Shown: positions 7,916-18,278 of the stretch, one piece after another | How the letters are laid out: every line of letters starts with the position of its first letter | How positions within the stretch are numbered: position 1 is the stretch's first letter | Source: a virus | Taxonomy: Duplodnaviria > Caudoviricetes | DNA: 37,312 nt | Direction: 5' to 3' (one strand) | IMG/VR virus record: IMGVR_UViG_3300033067_000845 | Location: 1-37,312 of that record | Notes under the pieces: model-generated | Database searches by the model: none | Seen by the model: only the letters and a program-made list of their open reading frames with translations | Told to the model about the DNA's origin: nothing | Translations under genes and position numbers: made by a program

Positions 7916-8683
7916 ATGCCTGAGAATAATATAGATGGTTTAGCGGATGTTAAAGTCGAAGGTCAAGATGCCTTTGGCGAACAAGAAGAGAAAACTTCTA
8001 CTGAGTCGCTAACAGTAAAAGAACAAGAGGAGGTAAAGCCAGATCAGGGCAAAAGTACTGATAATATTGATAATACTCCTTTCCATAAGCACCCAAGATG
8101 GATTGAGCGTGAAAACGAACTTAAAACATTGAGGGAGAGAGATGAAGCAAGAGCAAAAGAAATAGCTGAGTTGCGTCAAAAACAACAAGAGATTTCTGAA
8201 AAGAATATTAATAGAGATATAAAAATACCAGAATGGTTCTCTGTACTATATGGAGATAATGCTGAAGCATGGTCAAAGTATAGTGAATATTCTAAGCAAG
8301 AGAGAGAAGAGATTAAGCGTGAGATCCTTGAAACACAACAGAAAGCTCAAATCGAAGCCCAAGAGCAGGAGAAGTATTGGGACAATTGGGTGGAGAACGA
8401 ATTGGCAAAACTTGAAGATAAGGGTTATAAATTTGATAGGAAAGAACTTATACAGATAATGCATAAGACTAGACCTACAGATATGAACGGAAATCTTGAT
8501 TTTGAAGCTGGTTATGAGACTTATGTTGCTAGAAAGGGACCATCTGTGGTTGGAGAACAATCACAAGCCCGCAAGAAGATCGCAGATGTTATATCAAATA
8601 CATCTAAAAAAGAGCCAGCTAAAAAAGATTTCTTAACATCTAACGATTTGAGAAACAAAAGTTGGCATCAATTAGCAGACTAA
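7916..8683 (+). CDS. Capsid scaffolding protein
   Basis: Acidic N-terminus, PFHKHPRW motif and coiled coil; immediately upstream of the capsid gene. Confidence 0.75.
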   Translation: MPENNIDGLADVKVEGQDAFGEQEEKTSTESLTVKEQEEVKPDQGKSTDNIDNTPFHKHPRWIERENELKTLRERDEARAKEIAELRQKQQEISEKNINRDIKIPEWFSVLYGDNAEAWSKYSEYSKQEREEIKREILETQQKAQIEAQEQEKYWDNWVENELAKLEDKGYKFDRKELIQIMHKTRPTDMNGNLDFEAGYETYVARKGPSVVGEQSQARKKIADVISNTSKKEPAKKDFLTSNDLRNKSWHQLAD

Positions 8684-8706
8684 TTAATAATTAATTTTAA
8701 AATATT

Positions 8707-9759
8707 ATGGCAGCAATGGGAACAAGAGTAACGACTACTACACAGTCGAAGCTAATTCCAAAGTTAGTAGATACAATTTTGAACAGTAATGTTCTAGCTA
8801 CAAGACTTTTGAATAAGGCTAATAAGTGGAGCGGTGAGAGAATGAAATTTCCAGTAAAGTACTCAAAGAACACAACTGGTACTTCATTTGCTGGATTTGA
8901 TACATTTTCAACAGCAGCAACAGATAACAGAGTTAATCTAGAGTTTGTGCCTAAGTTTTATCAAATGACAGTAGCTCTACCACTAGATGAATTATCAGTA
9001 AATGCTACAGAAGAGAAGGTACTAGATTTAGCTAAGATTGAGTTGGCATCAACAGCTCAGGATATGGCTGATGATATCGGTACTCTATTTTATGGAACAG
9101 GTACAGGTAATGGTTCTAAGGATTTCTTGGGTCTAGAGGCAATAGTTGATGATGGAACAAACGCAGCAACATATGGTTCTCTATCAAGATCAACTTATTC
9201 AACACTTAACTCAACAGTTACAGCTTCATCAGGAACACTATCACTAGCAAAGATGTCTACATTGTACAATGCAGCAGCATCAGGAAGCCAAACTCCTACA
9301 CTAGGTGTTACAACAGAAGCAATCTTCGCTTTGTATGAGTCACTTCTACAACCACAAGAGAGAATTGCTAAGACTGTAGACGTTGTTAAGGGACGAGCAA
9401 GTAAGGGTCTAAATTCTGGTTCAGGATTAGTAGGTGGTACAGGTTTCACTGGACTATTCTACAAGGGCTTCCCTATCCTTGCAGATGAGAAGGCTACATC
9501 AGGAGTTCTATACTTCTTAAATGAAGATTTCCTAGAGTGGTATGCTCTTCCAATGGCAATGACAGAGTCAGCTAAGTTCCGATCAGTAGACATTGAGGGA
9601 AATGATTACTCTGAAGTTCAGGGTCTTGGATTCTCATGGAGTGGTTGGGTAAAGCCAACAAACAGTGCGTCAGTTGTTGGTCACGTATATCTTGGAGGAG
9701 AGTTGATTTCAGCAAATCCAAAGAGACATGCAAAATTGACAGGAATCACATCAGTCTAG
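8707..9759 (+). CDS. Major capsid protein (HK97 fold)
   Basis: 350 aa after scaffold; G.GNGSKDFLGLEAIVDD, YKGFPILADE, LYFLN and NPKRHAKLTGI motifs. Confidence 0.88.
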   Translation: MAAMGTRVTTTTQSKLIPKLVDTILNSNVLATRLLNKANKWSGERMKFPVKYSKNTTGTSFAGFDTFSTAATDNRVNLEFVPKFYQMTVALPLDELSVNATEEKVLDLAKIELASTAQDMADDIGTLFYGTGTGNGSKDFLGLEAIVDDGTNAATYGSLSRSTYSTLNSTVTASSGTLSLAKMSTLYNAAASGSQTPTLGVTTEAIFALYESLLQPQERIAKTVDVVKGRASKGLNSGSGLVGGTGFTGLFYKGFPILADEKATSGVLYFLNEDFLEWYALPMAMTESAKFRSVDIEGNDYSEVQGLGFSWSGWVKPTNSASVVGHVYLGGELISANPKRHAKLTGITSV

Positions 9760-9794
9760 TCAACTAGTGATATTATTATTAACAAATCATTATA

Positions 9795-10250
9795 ATGTCT
9801 AGAAAATTAGAAGATTATATTCCACCAATAAAAGAGGATGGTATCGATACAGCAAAGTCTATCATTACTTCTTCTAGTATTGCCTCATCATCAGCTAGTG
9901 CTGGTATAGGATACTCTACAGGCGCAGGATCAACAGTAACACAAGCAACAAGTCGAACAACAGGTGTTACTATAAACGCAATATGTGGAGCAATCACAAC
10001 AAATAACGCCTCTTTAGCAGCAGAAGCATCAGCAACATTTACAGTGACAAACTCTGCGGTAGCGATAGGTGATGTAGTTGTAGTTTCACAAAGATCTGGA
10101 GCAAACGGAGGAGCAACAGATGTATATGTTTCTACAACAGCGGCTGGTTCATTTGCTATCACAGTTATGAACAATAACGTAGCAGCTGGTACAGCAGAAA
10201 CAGGAGCAATTATTATCAACTTTGCTGTTATTAAGGCAGTTTCAGCATAA
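9795..10250 (+). CDS. Putative capsid decoration/minor head protein
   Basis: Ala/Thr/Ser-rich beta protein (VTQATSRTTGVTINAICG) directly after the MCP. Confidence 0.6.
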   Translation: MSRKLEDYIPPIKEDGIDTAKSIITSSSIASSSASAGIGYSTGAGSTVTQATSRTTGVTINAICGAITTNNASLAAEASATFTVTNSAVAIGDVVVVSQRSGANGGATDVYVSTTAAGSFAITVMNNNVAAGTAETGAIIINFAVIKAVSA

Positions 10251-10276
10251 TGTTATCAATTAATTAAACACAAATT

Positions 10277-11005
10277 ATGGCAACACAATTAGGTTCAACA
10301 ACATGTATTGTTGCTCAGGATGTATATAAGTCATCAACAGTACAGCAACACATTTTAGGAGAGAAGGCATACACACCAGACGGAAGAACATTTCGTTATG
10401 TAAAGGTTGGTGCAGCTGCATTGGTACCAGGAAACTTGATTCAGGGACCAGCTGTTGTTACAAACCACGTAAACCTTACTCCAACAGCAGCAGTAGCAGT
10501 TGGAGATACAACAATAACAGTTACTCTAGGAGCAACAGCAGCTACTGAGAATCAGTATGCTGGTGGTTATCTAGTAACTGAAATTGGTACAACAGGAAGA
10601 GGACAGACACTTTTGATTAAGTCTCATCCAGCAGCAGCTTCTGCAGGAACACTTACAATAACTCTTTCAGATCCATTTACAATAGCAACATCAGGTACAG
10701 TTACAGTATCTCTTATTGCTAATACTTACAATGGAGTAATACAGTCACCTTCAACAACATTGACAGGTCCAATTGTAGGAGCAGCAGTTTCAGCATTACC
10801 AGCATCATCTTTTGGATGGATACAAACAAGAGGTGCTTGTGGAATATTGGTAAGTGGAACACCTATCGTTGGTTCAGCAGTGGGTGCGCCAACAACAACT
10901 GCTGGTATGGCAGTAGCAGACAGTGCAATTCTAAATCACATTGGAGTTACATTAAAAGCTGGTATAACAACACAGAATACACCAGTAATGCTTACAATAG
11001 ACTAA
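10277..11005 (+). CDS. Putative capsid cement/decoration protein
   Basis: DGRTFRYVK and FGWIQTRG motifs typical of head-associated proteins; position. Confidence 0.65.
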   Translation: MATQLGSTTCIVAQDVYKSSTVQQHILGEKAYTPDGRTFRYVKVGAAALVPGNLIQGPAVVTNHVNLTPTAAVAVGDTTITVTLGATAATENQYAGGYLVTEIGTTGRGQTLLIKSHPAAASAGTLTITLSDPFTIATSGTVTVSLIANTYNGVIQSPSTTLTGPIVGAAVSALPASSFGWIQTRGACGILVSGTPIVGSAVGAPTTTAGMAVADSAILNHIGVTLKAGITTQNTPVMLTID

Positions 11006-11014
11006 ACAGTCTAC

Positions 11015-11101
11015 CTCCTTTTGGAGGTTATGGATATGAACTACGAATCACCTATTGTGTTTGTCAATCGGAAGAGTCACATCCAGAACCTCCAACGGGA
11101 G
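11015..11101 (+). ncRNA. Intergenic long-stem-closed RNA structure
   Basis: CTCCTTTTGGAGGTT-a-TGGAT pairs with ATCCA-g-AACCTCCAACGGGAG (one GU on +, one mismatch in the outer stem). Confidence 0.55.
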
Positions 11102-11130
11102 AAATTATCAGACAATTAATTATAATAAAT

Positions 11131-11478
11131 ATGTCAAGTCAGGCAATACAGTTTAAAAATTTTACAGATAGGGATTTTACATGGAGTTTCGACTCTATAC
11201 CCTATCCGTTTAAAGCGGGACAAACTATTTACTTAGAAGAGTTTAAGGCAAAGCATTTTGCTAAACATCTTGTTGATAGAGAGTTAAATTTAATGGGTAT
11301 TCCAACAAATAATAAGTCAGAAAGAGAGAAGTTAGAGAAACTATGTTTTCCAAGTGATGAAGTTGTTACACCATTAGAGGCATTGAATATTAATGAGACA
11401 GAGAATAAGAAGGTAAAGACAAGTAAGTCTTCCAAAAAGGTCGAAGAAAAAGAATTTGTAGACTTAGATAATAAATAA
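11131..11478 (+). CDS. Hypothetical virion-assembly protein
   Basis: True start most likely ATG 11131 (MSSQAIQFKNFTDRDF...AKHFAKHLVDREL) after an A-rich leader, within track ORF 10816..11478. Confidence 0.75.
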   Translation: MSSQAIQFKNFTDRDFTWSFDSIPYPFKAGQTIYLEEFKAKHFAKHLVDRELNLMGIPTNNKSEREKLEKLCFPSDEVVTPLEALNINETENKKVKTSKSSKKVEEKEFVDLDNK

Positions 11479-11479
11479 T

Positions 11480-11797
11480 ATGGCGTTAACACAATTAAGA
11501 GGAGATAATAGAATGATTGTTACTGAACTACCAGCAAGTACTGCTTTAGCAGCAACTTATGATGCTACAGTATTAACCTCAACAGCAATAATACTTAATG
11601 CAGCCACCAAATTACTTGAGTGTACAGCAATAGGTGCTTCTGTGTTTTATAAGTGGGGAGGAACAGCATCTTCAGCAAGTTTTGATGGAATAATCGTAGC
11701 AAATACTTCAAAGTTAGTAGCAGTACCAAGTGGTCAAACTTCTATTCAATTTATAGAAGAGGTGGCTACAGCAAAATTGGCAGTTGTTGAGTTCTAA
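11480..11797 (+). CDS. Small beta-rich structural protein
   Basis: ORF track; operon context. Confidence 0.7.
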   Translation: MALTQLRGDNRMIVTELPASTALAATYDATVLTSTAIILNAATKLLECTAIGASVFYKWGGTASSASFDGIIVANTSKLVAVPSGQTSIQFIEEVATAKLAVVEF

Positions 11798-11801
11798 ATA
11801 T

Positions 11802-12188
11802 ATGAAATTACTTTCTAAATCAGACGTAAAATCAAAGATTCAAAAACAAAATGATGAATTGTTGATTAAAAATGCTGATCTAAGAAAAATACATTTAGAG
11901 TTATTGAGAAATATCAATGATATTAAATACAACAATAAGGACGAAAAAGCAAAAGAGTTTGAACAATTTTGTCAGGATATAACTGTTAAGAAAAGTATCC
12001 TTTTAAAGGAATTGAAGCAATTACAGGATGATATTGAGAATAAAAGAGAAATAATAGATGCTCTAATTGAAAAACAAGATGTTCTTAATGAGAAGGAGTA
12101 CCAACTAAATGATAGGGAGCAGAAGTTAAACTTACGTGAAGACTTTATTAAGGGTGTAGAACATAAAATATATGAATTGCGAAAATGA
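11802..12188 (+). CDS. Coiled-coil hypothetical protein
   Basis: ATG 11802 in track ORF 11784..12188; K/E/Q-rich heptads. Confidence 0.7.
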   Translation: MKLLSKSDVKSKIQKQNDELLIKNADLRKIHLELLRNINDIKYNNKDEKAKEFEQFCQDITVKKSILLKELKQLQDDIENKREIIDALIEKQDVLNEKEYQLNDREQKLNLREDFIKGVEHKIYELRK

Positions 12189-12312
12189 TGACTTCATAAT
12201 GAAGAATCCAAATCTTTATATCACTCTGGCTGAATCTGAGCATAATGGTTATCTTCTACAAGAAAGCGATAGTCTAATTACAACAGAAAATAGTGATGAA
12301 CTATTTTATTAA
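12172..12312 (+). CDS. Small acidic protein with YLLQESDSLITTEN motif (46 aa)
   Basis: Hand translation MNCENDDFIMKNPNLYITLAESEHNGYLLQESDSLITTENSDELFY*; LLQE/LITE repeats occur in phage fibre-anchoring proteins. Confidence 0.6.
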   Translation: MNCENDDFIMKNPNLYITLAESEHNGYLLQESDSLITTENSDELFY

Positions 12313-12317
12313 AAAAT

Positions 12318-12947
12318 ATGGCAAATAAGAAAATAACAGAACTTACAGCATTAACATCAGTCGCCTCTGGAGATCTAATTCCAATTGTTGATGTAAGTGA
12401 TACAACCCAAGCAGCTAGTGGTACTACAAAGAAGATTACACAGGCTAATTTTGTTGCTGGAGTTTTAACTTCTCCAACAATGTCAGGAACAGTTACATTA
12501 ACAGGAGCAACTATAGTTAATACTGGAACAATAACACTACCAACATCAACAGACACACTTATTGGTAGGGCAACAACAGATACTCTTACAAACAAAACGC
12601 TTACAAAACCAGCAATAGACGCAACTAACCCATCAGCCCAAACATACACACCAGCAATATCAGGTACTGCAACATGCAATTTGGCTTTGGCTAACGAACA
12701 CAGAATAACAATGCCCGCAGGTAATATTACAATAGCTTTATCTAATGATACTAACGCACAAAAATTTATAATTTCTATTACACAAGATGGAGTTGGCTCA
12801 AGAACTGTTACATGGTTTTCGACAATTCGTTGGGTTAATGGCACGGTTCCAACATTGACAACCACCGCAAGTAAAAGAGATACATTTGGATTTATTAGAA
12901 CAGGAACAGGCACTTATGATGGTTTTATTATAGGTCAAAATATATAA
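12318..12947 (+). CDS. Fibre/spike-like structural protein
   Basis: N-terminal KKITELTALTSVASGDLIPIVDVS...TKKIT motif; TDTLTNKTLT repeat; C-terminal ITQDGVGSRTVTW...PTLTT...D domain. Confidence 0.75.
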   Translation: MANKKITELTALTSVASGDLIPIVDVSDTTQAASGTTKKITQANFVAGVLTSPTMSGTVTLTGATIVNTGTITLPTSTDTLIGRATTDTLTNKTLTKPAIDATNPSAQTYTPAISGTATCNLALANEHRITMPAGNITIALSNDTNAQKFIISITQDGVGSRTVTWFSTIRWVNGTVPTLTTTASKRDTFGFIRTGTGTYDGFIIGQNI

Positions 12948-12948
12948 A

Positions 12949-13659
12949 ATGGCATTAAATACAAATCTAGTTGCATATTGGAAATTAGATGAAAGTAGTG
13001 GAAACGCTACTGATGTAATTGCTTCTTCTGTCTTAACAAATAATGGAACTATCACATATAGTGCTGGAAAAATTAACAACGGTTCAGATTTCGGTTCTTC
13101 TAATAGTAGTAAATATTTTACAACAGCAGATGGTGCTTATTTAGATTTTTCTACTGCGTTTAGTATTTCCTTATGGTTTAGGTGTACTGGAGGTGCTGGG
13201 ACTTATAGGCATTTAATAACAAAGCCAGCTAACCCAACATGGACTTCACCATTTTTTGTCTACGGATTGAGAATAAATAATTCTAATGAATTAGAAGCGT
13301 GGGCTAATACAGCTGCGGACGGTACGGCTACAACATCTACATCAGGCTCATTTGGTGCGGATAGTACATGGAAACATGTTGTTGTTGTGTTTAATCAAAC
13401 AACTATCAAAATTTATGTAAATGGTTCTGAATCAGCTTCTACATCAAATACATCATCTATCTCAAATTCCTCACAATCACTCATACTTGGAAGTAGACAC
13501 GCGAGTGATTTGGGTGAGTATTTTAGTGGAATGATTGACGAAGTTGGTATGTGGTCAAGAGCTTTAAGTGGAACAGAAATTGGTCAATTATATAATTCTG
13601 GAAATGGAAATTCTTATCCATTCGTATTGGGTGGATCATTTTTATTAAATTTTATTTAA
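12949..13659 (+). CDS. LamG/concanavalin A-like lectin domain protein
   Basis: LVAYWKLDESSGNATD, FSISLWF, WKHVVV, IYVNG, GMIDEVGMWSRALS..EI..LYN. Confidence 0.88.
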   Translation: MALNTNLVAYWKLDESSGNATDVIASSVLTNNGTITYSAGKINNGSDFGSSNSSKYFTTADGAYLDFSTAFSISLWFRCTGGAGTYRHLITKPANPTWTSPFFVYGLRINNSNELEAWANTAADGTATTSTSGSFGADSTWKHVVVVFNQTTIKIYVNGSESASTSNTSSISNSSQSLILGSRHASDLGEYFSGMIDEVGMWSRALSGTEIGQLYNSGNGNSYPFVLGGSFLLNFI

Positions 13660-13663
13660 CAAT

Positions 13664-14494
13664 ATGCTTACATACACTTCAAGACGAAATTTAATAGGAA
13701 AAATATCAGGTGCTAATTCAGTAGATTCTTTAGAGTTATTTGATTCACTTCTAAATGAGGCTGATAGTGAAGTTATAAATTCAAAGCCTTGGAAATTTCG
13801 TGAAAAGACAATAACAAAGACGACTGTCGCTTCTCAACAAACATATTATGTTGGATATGGTCGTGTTCGTGATGTGACTGTAACTGTAGGAACTACTAAA
13901 TATTCTCCAAGAGAAATCAAATCACTTGATGATTGGAATAAATTAAATCAATCCACAAATGTGACATCAGACACTCTAGAATACTTTTTTGTTGGTGATG
14001 GAACTATAAGTTTTTATCCAAAGCCATCATCAAGTGGAAACACAATAACTTGTGACTTGTATCGAGGTCATAAAGATTTAACCATAGCTGACTATACTGC
14101 AGGAACAATTACAACAACTTCTGGTACAACAATAACAGGTTCTGGAACATCATGGACATCACAAATGGCTGGCAGATGGATCAGAATAACTGAAGTTAAT
14201 ACAGCAAATACTGGTGATGGTGAATGGTATGAGATTTCTTCAGTAACAAGTAGCACTGTCCTTGAATTGGTATCGCCATATTTAGGAACAGCTATAAGTG
14301 GTGGTTCTGCTAATTATGTTATTGGTCAAACTTCTATAATTCCTTCTGATTTTCAGATGGTGCCTATGCACGCTGCACTTGAATACTATTTCACATATAT
14401 TGATCCTGATGATAAAAGAGCTGATAAGGCAAAGATTAAGTATGCTGAAGGATTAAAGCGTATGCAAATTGAATTAGGTGGTACAAGTATATAA
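13664..14494 (+). CDS. Head-tail adaptor (tail tubular A-like) with inserted beta domain
   Basis: LNEA...PWKF, ISFYPKPS and IPSDFQMV motifs; position upstream of the nozzle. Confidence 0.65.
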   Translation: MLTYTSRRNLIGKISGANSVDSLELFDSLLNEADSEVINSKPWKFREKTITKTTVASQQTYYVGYGRVRDVTVTVGTTKYSPREIKSLDDWNKLNQSTNVTSDTLEYFFVGDGTISFYPKPSSSGNTITCDLYRGHKDLTIADYTAGTITTTSGTTITGSGTSWTSQMAGRWIRITEVNTANTGDGEWYEISSVTSSTVLELVSPYLGTAISGGSANYVIGQTSIIPSDFQMVPMHAALEYYFTYIDPDDKRADKAKIKYAEGLKRMQIELGGTSI

Positions 14495-14496
14495 TT

Positions 14497-16110
14497 ATGG
14501 CATTAGAAAAATTAACAATTGAAAATATATTAGAGGGTTGGTCAACAACTGATTATTTCTCTTCTAAGGGTCAATATAATTCATCTCTCGGTGTAGATCC
14601 TGACTTACCAGCTACTTCTTCAGCAACAAAGACATCTGGTGTTCTTGTGCCTACTCGCTATGAAAAATTTTCAGGAACTGAGATTGATGGTTATCCAAAT
14701 TGGATAATAACAAACAACAAGACATCAGATTCTTATGTATACACTTCAACTGGTAAGGTACACTCATTTAATTCATCAATAACAATGAGAGCTACTGATG
14801 CAGCAACATCACCCGCCTCTTTCCCTATAACAATTACTGGTGGTGCTGGAAACGGATCTTGGTACTACAATAACTTTGTATACTTTGCAGAAGCTACAGA
14901 CATTTCTCAATATGGACCACTTATTACTGCTGGTGGATTAACTACTTCTGTTGTTAAGACTGAAAATGTCTGGACTGGTGCAAAATTTGGAAAAACAGCT
15001 TTATCAAACGCAACATATCCATCTATTCAAGGTGTGCCAATACCAAATCACCCTGGACATGTTCATACAGATGGTTCTGCATATATCGGCGACACCCTAG
15101 CTGGTCAAGGAATAATTCATAGAATGAATACAAAGAAGGGTACTGATGAAGGAGATACTAATGGTACTACAGTTGTTTCAGCTTATAATGCACTTGATTT
15201 GCCTTTCGGATATTATCCAACTGATATTGAAAGTTATGGTACAGATCTAGTTATATCAGCTATACAGACCACTGATAGCACTATTAATCAAGGTAAGGCA
15301 GCACTATTCTTTTGGGATCCAACAAATACCGACTCATTTTATAGACAAATCGCATTGCCTGATCCATTGGTTACAGCGCTATTGAATGTTAATGGAGTGT
15401 TACACATTTGGTCTGGCAACGCTTCTAATGGAGTAAGAGTGTCTAGATATATTGGAGGAGAAACAGTATCAGAAATATCATATTCAGAAGAAGGTACTCC
15501 ACCATTTGCAGGAGCTGTTGATGCACTTGGATCACGTTTAGTGTGGGGTATTTCAACAACATATCCAGAAACATCAGCGTCAGTTGTTGCTTTTGGTTCA
15601 AAAAATGATGCCTTACCAAAAGGAATACACAATATAATTAGGACAACGTCTTCTGGCTCTACACCAACAGTTACATCATTAAAATACGTTCAACAGGCTT
15701 CAAATATTCAACCAAGATTGATTGTCGGTTGGGGCGATGGTACGTCTAAGGGATTAGATAAGTTATCTACAACAGCAACATTTAATTCTCTTTGGAGAAG
15801 TAAGATTTTCAACATAAACAAGACATTTCTATTAAAGAGACTATTAATACCACTAGCAAATGCTGTGGATTCTAATACAACGATAACTGTAAAGATCTAT
15901 TTAGATGATTTGAGTAGCAGTGTTACTCTCAACACAATAAACAACACTAATTATCCAAATAAAAGAAAGGTCTACTATAAACCATCTGATTTGTCGCAGG
16001 CTACTGGAAATAACAATTTCCTTATAGAAATTAAATGGACTGGTACAACTTCTATGCCTGTATTGGTACCAATTATACTGGAAGTAGATATTTCAGAAGA
16101 TGAGTTATAA
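14497..16110 (+). CDS. Tail nozzle/hub protein (P22 gp10/T7 gp12-like, beta-propeller)
   Basis: 537 aa beta-rich protein following the adaptor. Confidence 0.6.
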   Translation: MALEKLTIENILEGWSTTDYFSSKGQYNSSLGVDPDLPATSSATKTSGVLVPTRYEKFSGTEIDGYPNWIITNNKTSDSYVYTSTGKVHSFNSSITMRATDAATSPASFPITITGGAGNGSWYYNNFVYFAEATDISQYGPLITAGGLTTSVVKTENVWTGAKFGKTALSNATYPSIQGVPIPNHPGHVHTDGSAYIGDTLAGQGIIHRMNTKKGTDEGDTNGTTVVSAYNALDLPFGYYPTDIESYGTDLVISAIQTTDSTINQGKAALFFWDPTNTDSFYRQIALPDPLVTALLNVNGVLHIWSGNASNGVRVSRYIGGETVSEISYSEEGTPPFAGAVDALGSRLVWGISTTYPETSASVVAFGSKNDALPKGIHNIIRTTSSGSTPTVTSLKYVQQASNIQPRLIVGWGDGTSKGLDKLSTTATFNSLWRSKIFNINKTFLLKRLLIPLANAVDSNTTITVKIYLDDLSSSVTLNTINNTNYPNKRKVYYKPSDLSQATGNNNFLIEIKWTGTTSMPVLVPIILEVDISEDEL

Positions 16111-16121
16111 TTATAAATATC

Positions 16122-16598
16122 ATGGCAAAACAAACTTTTAATCCAAATAACTTACCAGAACAGTCAAAGAAATACATGACTGAGCTTGAGGTTCGTGAAT
16201 TAATATCTGCCGCTCTGGCTAATTACACTGGTGTCGTGCGCTTTAGAAACGTAACAACTACTGATGTTAATATTAGTGATTTTACTAACTCACAGCATAC
16301 ACATAGTAATGCAGCTGGTGGTGGACAATTAAATTTAAATAATGCTTCTTCTACCACAATCACAGTCCCTACTGGTGGAACTGGGGCGGTGAGTTTGACT
16401 GGTATAGTTTACGGAAACGGAGCTTCGGCAATGACCGCAGCAAATATAACTGGCATTGTTAAAGCAAATGGTGTGTCGATACCTACAGCTATAACACCTT
16501 TAGCTGGAACAAAGGTATATTACGTCGCCGATTCGAGTGGTGGGGCGGTAACAAGGAAGTTGACGTTTACCGATGGAGTATTAACAGCAGAAGTTTAA
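16122..16598 (+). CDS. Tail needle/fibre-like protein
   Basis: HTH.NAAGGG, VPTGGTGA and LTFTDGVLT motifs; position after the nozzle. Confidence 0.55.
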   Translation: MAKQTFNPNNLPEQSKKYMTELEVRELISAALANYTGVVRFRNVTTTDVNISDFTNSQHTHSNAAGGGQLNLNNASSTTITVPTGGTGAVSLTGIVYGNGASAMTAANITGIVKANGVSIPTAITPLAGTKVYYVADSSGGAVTRKLTFTDGVLTAEV

Positions 16599-16616
16599 TA
16601 AATAATAAAAAAATAT

Positions 16617-18272
16617 ATGGCAACAAATTATGGAAAAGTAGCAACATCAGCATCACAACAAGCACAAAATAAATCAAATTTAGCAAACGCATTAAAAGCT
16701 CTATCAAAATCTGGAGGCACAGCTACGGCTGCTCAGAAAATATACAGTGGTGGAGGTGGTTCATCACCATCTACTCCAGTCGCAACAAATAATCAGACAA
16801 CTTCATCTGGTCGTTCACCTATTTACGGTACATCAAGTTCTCCAGCAGGATCAGGTTCTCCAGTCGGTATGACAAAGACCCCAGTATTAGGTACAACAGG
16901 CAATCCTGCTGGTTCACAATTACCTGTAGGAATGTCAAAGGCTAATACTAAAGCAGCTACCACAGCTTCTGCTATTGGAACAACAAAGAAGCCTGATTGG
17001 CAACTACAGATGGAATCTATAAACAGAGCAAGTGGACCAATAGATGAGACTGGTACAGGTTCATATGGTATAACTAAGAATCCAAGTTATACACCACCAA
17101 AACAAACAGCTTCTGCTTTTGATGCTTTTAAGTCAGCTCAAAGTAATAGAGTTAATGCAGACTTACAGACAGCTGGATTGTCAGCTGCTTCTGGAAGTGG
17201 TGTTCGTACTTCATTTGAGAATCTAATGACAAAAGCTGATAGTAGTAATTCACCAAATAAACCTGTAGTTCAGCCAAAAGTTAATTTTACCGCTAATGGT
17301 CCACGAATGGATGGTCAAACAGATTTAGGAAATACAACTGCAGATTCTCCTGTAAATAGAACTACTCCACCAGCAACACTACCTTCAATGAGTTCAAACT
17401 CAACCAGTAATTCAGTAGATACACAAGCGCTAACACAACAGTCTAATTTTGGTATAGATAATACAAAATCTAAAGCTCCTGATTTATCACAAATTCAAGC
17501 AGCTGCAGGTGTTGCTGATGAAACAAGGAAGCAAGCAGACGCCGCAGATCAAGCAGCACAAAGTGCAACAAATGAAGACGATAGAAATTATTACAGAGAA
17601 TTAGCAAATTCTGCACGAGCAGAAGCTGATGCCGCAGAAGCTGAGTATCAAAAACTACTACAACAATCAGAAGAGGAGAAGAAAATACAGTCTCAAATAG
17701 ACGCTGAAACAAGTGCATTAAGATTGGGTCAAACAGATGTAGCAGGGCAAGCCATTCCCCTCTCATTCATTACAGGTCAACAGTCAGCACTAGAAAGACG
17801 ATCTCTAGATAGAGTAGCTCCTCTTACAAGTAAGTTAGGTCAATTACAAGCAGCACGTCAGGCAGCTCTAACTGGTGCTAAGTCAAAGGTATCTTCTAAG
17901 GAATCACGATTGGGAACAGCTGAATCTAATCTAACAGCTATTTCAACAGAAGAAAGAAAGAGAAAGAATCAATTACAAGATCAAGCTAGAGAAGATAAAC
18001 AAACAGCACAAGAGCAAGCAAATATTGATAGAAAATTCCAAGAGGACAAGAGACAATTCGGTCTAAATTATGCTAATCAACAAAGAGAACTTGCTATTAA
18101 AGAGATTGCTGCAAAAAGTTCAGCAAATAAAGGATTAACAGATGTTCAATTAAAGCAAGAAATAAATAAGCAATTGGCTAATCCAAGTTTTCAGAAGGCA
18201 TCTGAACAAGAGAAGATAAATTATATCTTGTCACAAGGTGGTGATCCTACAGATTTTGGTCTAAATTATTAA
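16617..18272 (+). CDS. Putative internal virion/DNA ejection protein
   Basis: Low-complexity S/T/G/P N-terminal half and A/Q/E-rich coiled-coil C-terminal half; podovirus ejection-gene position. Confidence 0.6.
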   Translation: MATNYGKVATSASQQAQNKSNLANALKALSKSGGTATAAQKIYSGGGGSSPSTPVATNNQTTSSGRSPIYGTSSSPAGSGSPVGMTKTPVLGTTGNPAGSQLPVGMSKANTKAATTASAIGTTKKPDWQLQMESINRASGPIDETGTGSYGITKNPSYTPPKQTASAFDAFKSAQSNRVNADLQTAGLSAASGSGVRTSFENLMTKADSSNSPNKPVVQPKVNFTANGPRMDGQTDLGNTTADSPVNRTTPPATLPSMSSNSTSNSVDTQALTQQSNFGIDNTKSKAPDLSQIQAAAGVADETRKQADAADQAAQSATNEDDRNYYRELANSARAEADAAEAEYQKLLQQSEEEKKIQSQIDAETSALRLGQTDVAGQAIPLSFITGQQSALERRSLDRVAPLTSKLGQLQAARQAALTGAKSKVSSKESRLGTAESNLTAISTEERKRKNQLQDQAREDKQTAQEQANIDRKFQEDKRQFGLNYANQQRELAIKEIAAKSSANKGLTDVQLKQEINKQLANPSFQKASEQEKINYILSQGGDPTDFGLNY

Positions 18273-18278
18273 AAAAAC

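Noticed and set aside
10816-11130. N-terminal extension of the 220-aa track ORF
   Set aside because: Overlaps the upstream gene and an RNA stem; ATG 11131 has the typical A-rich leader.
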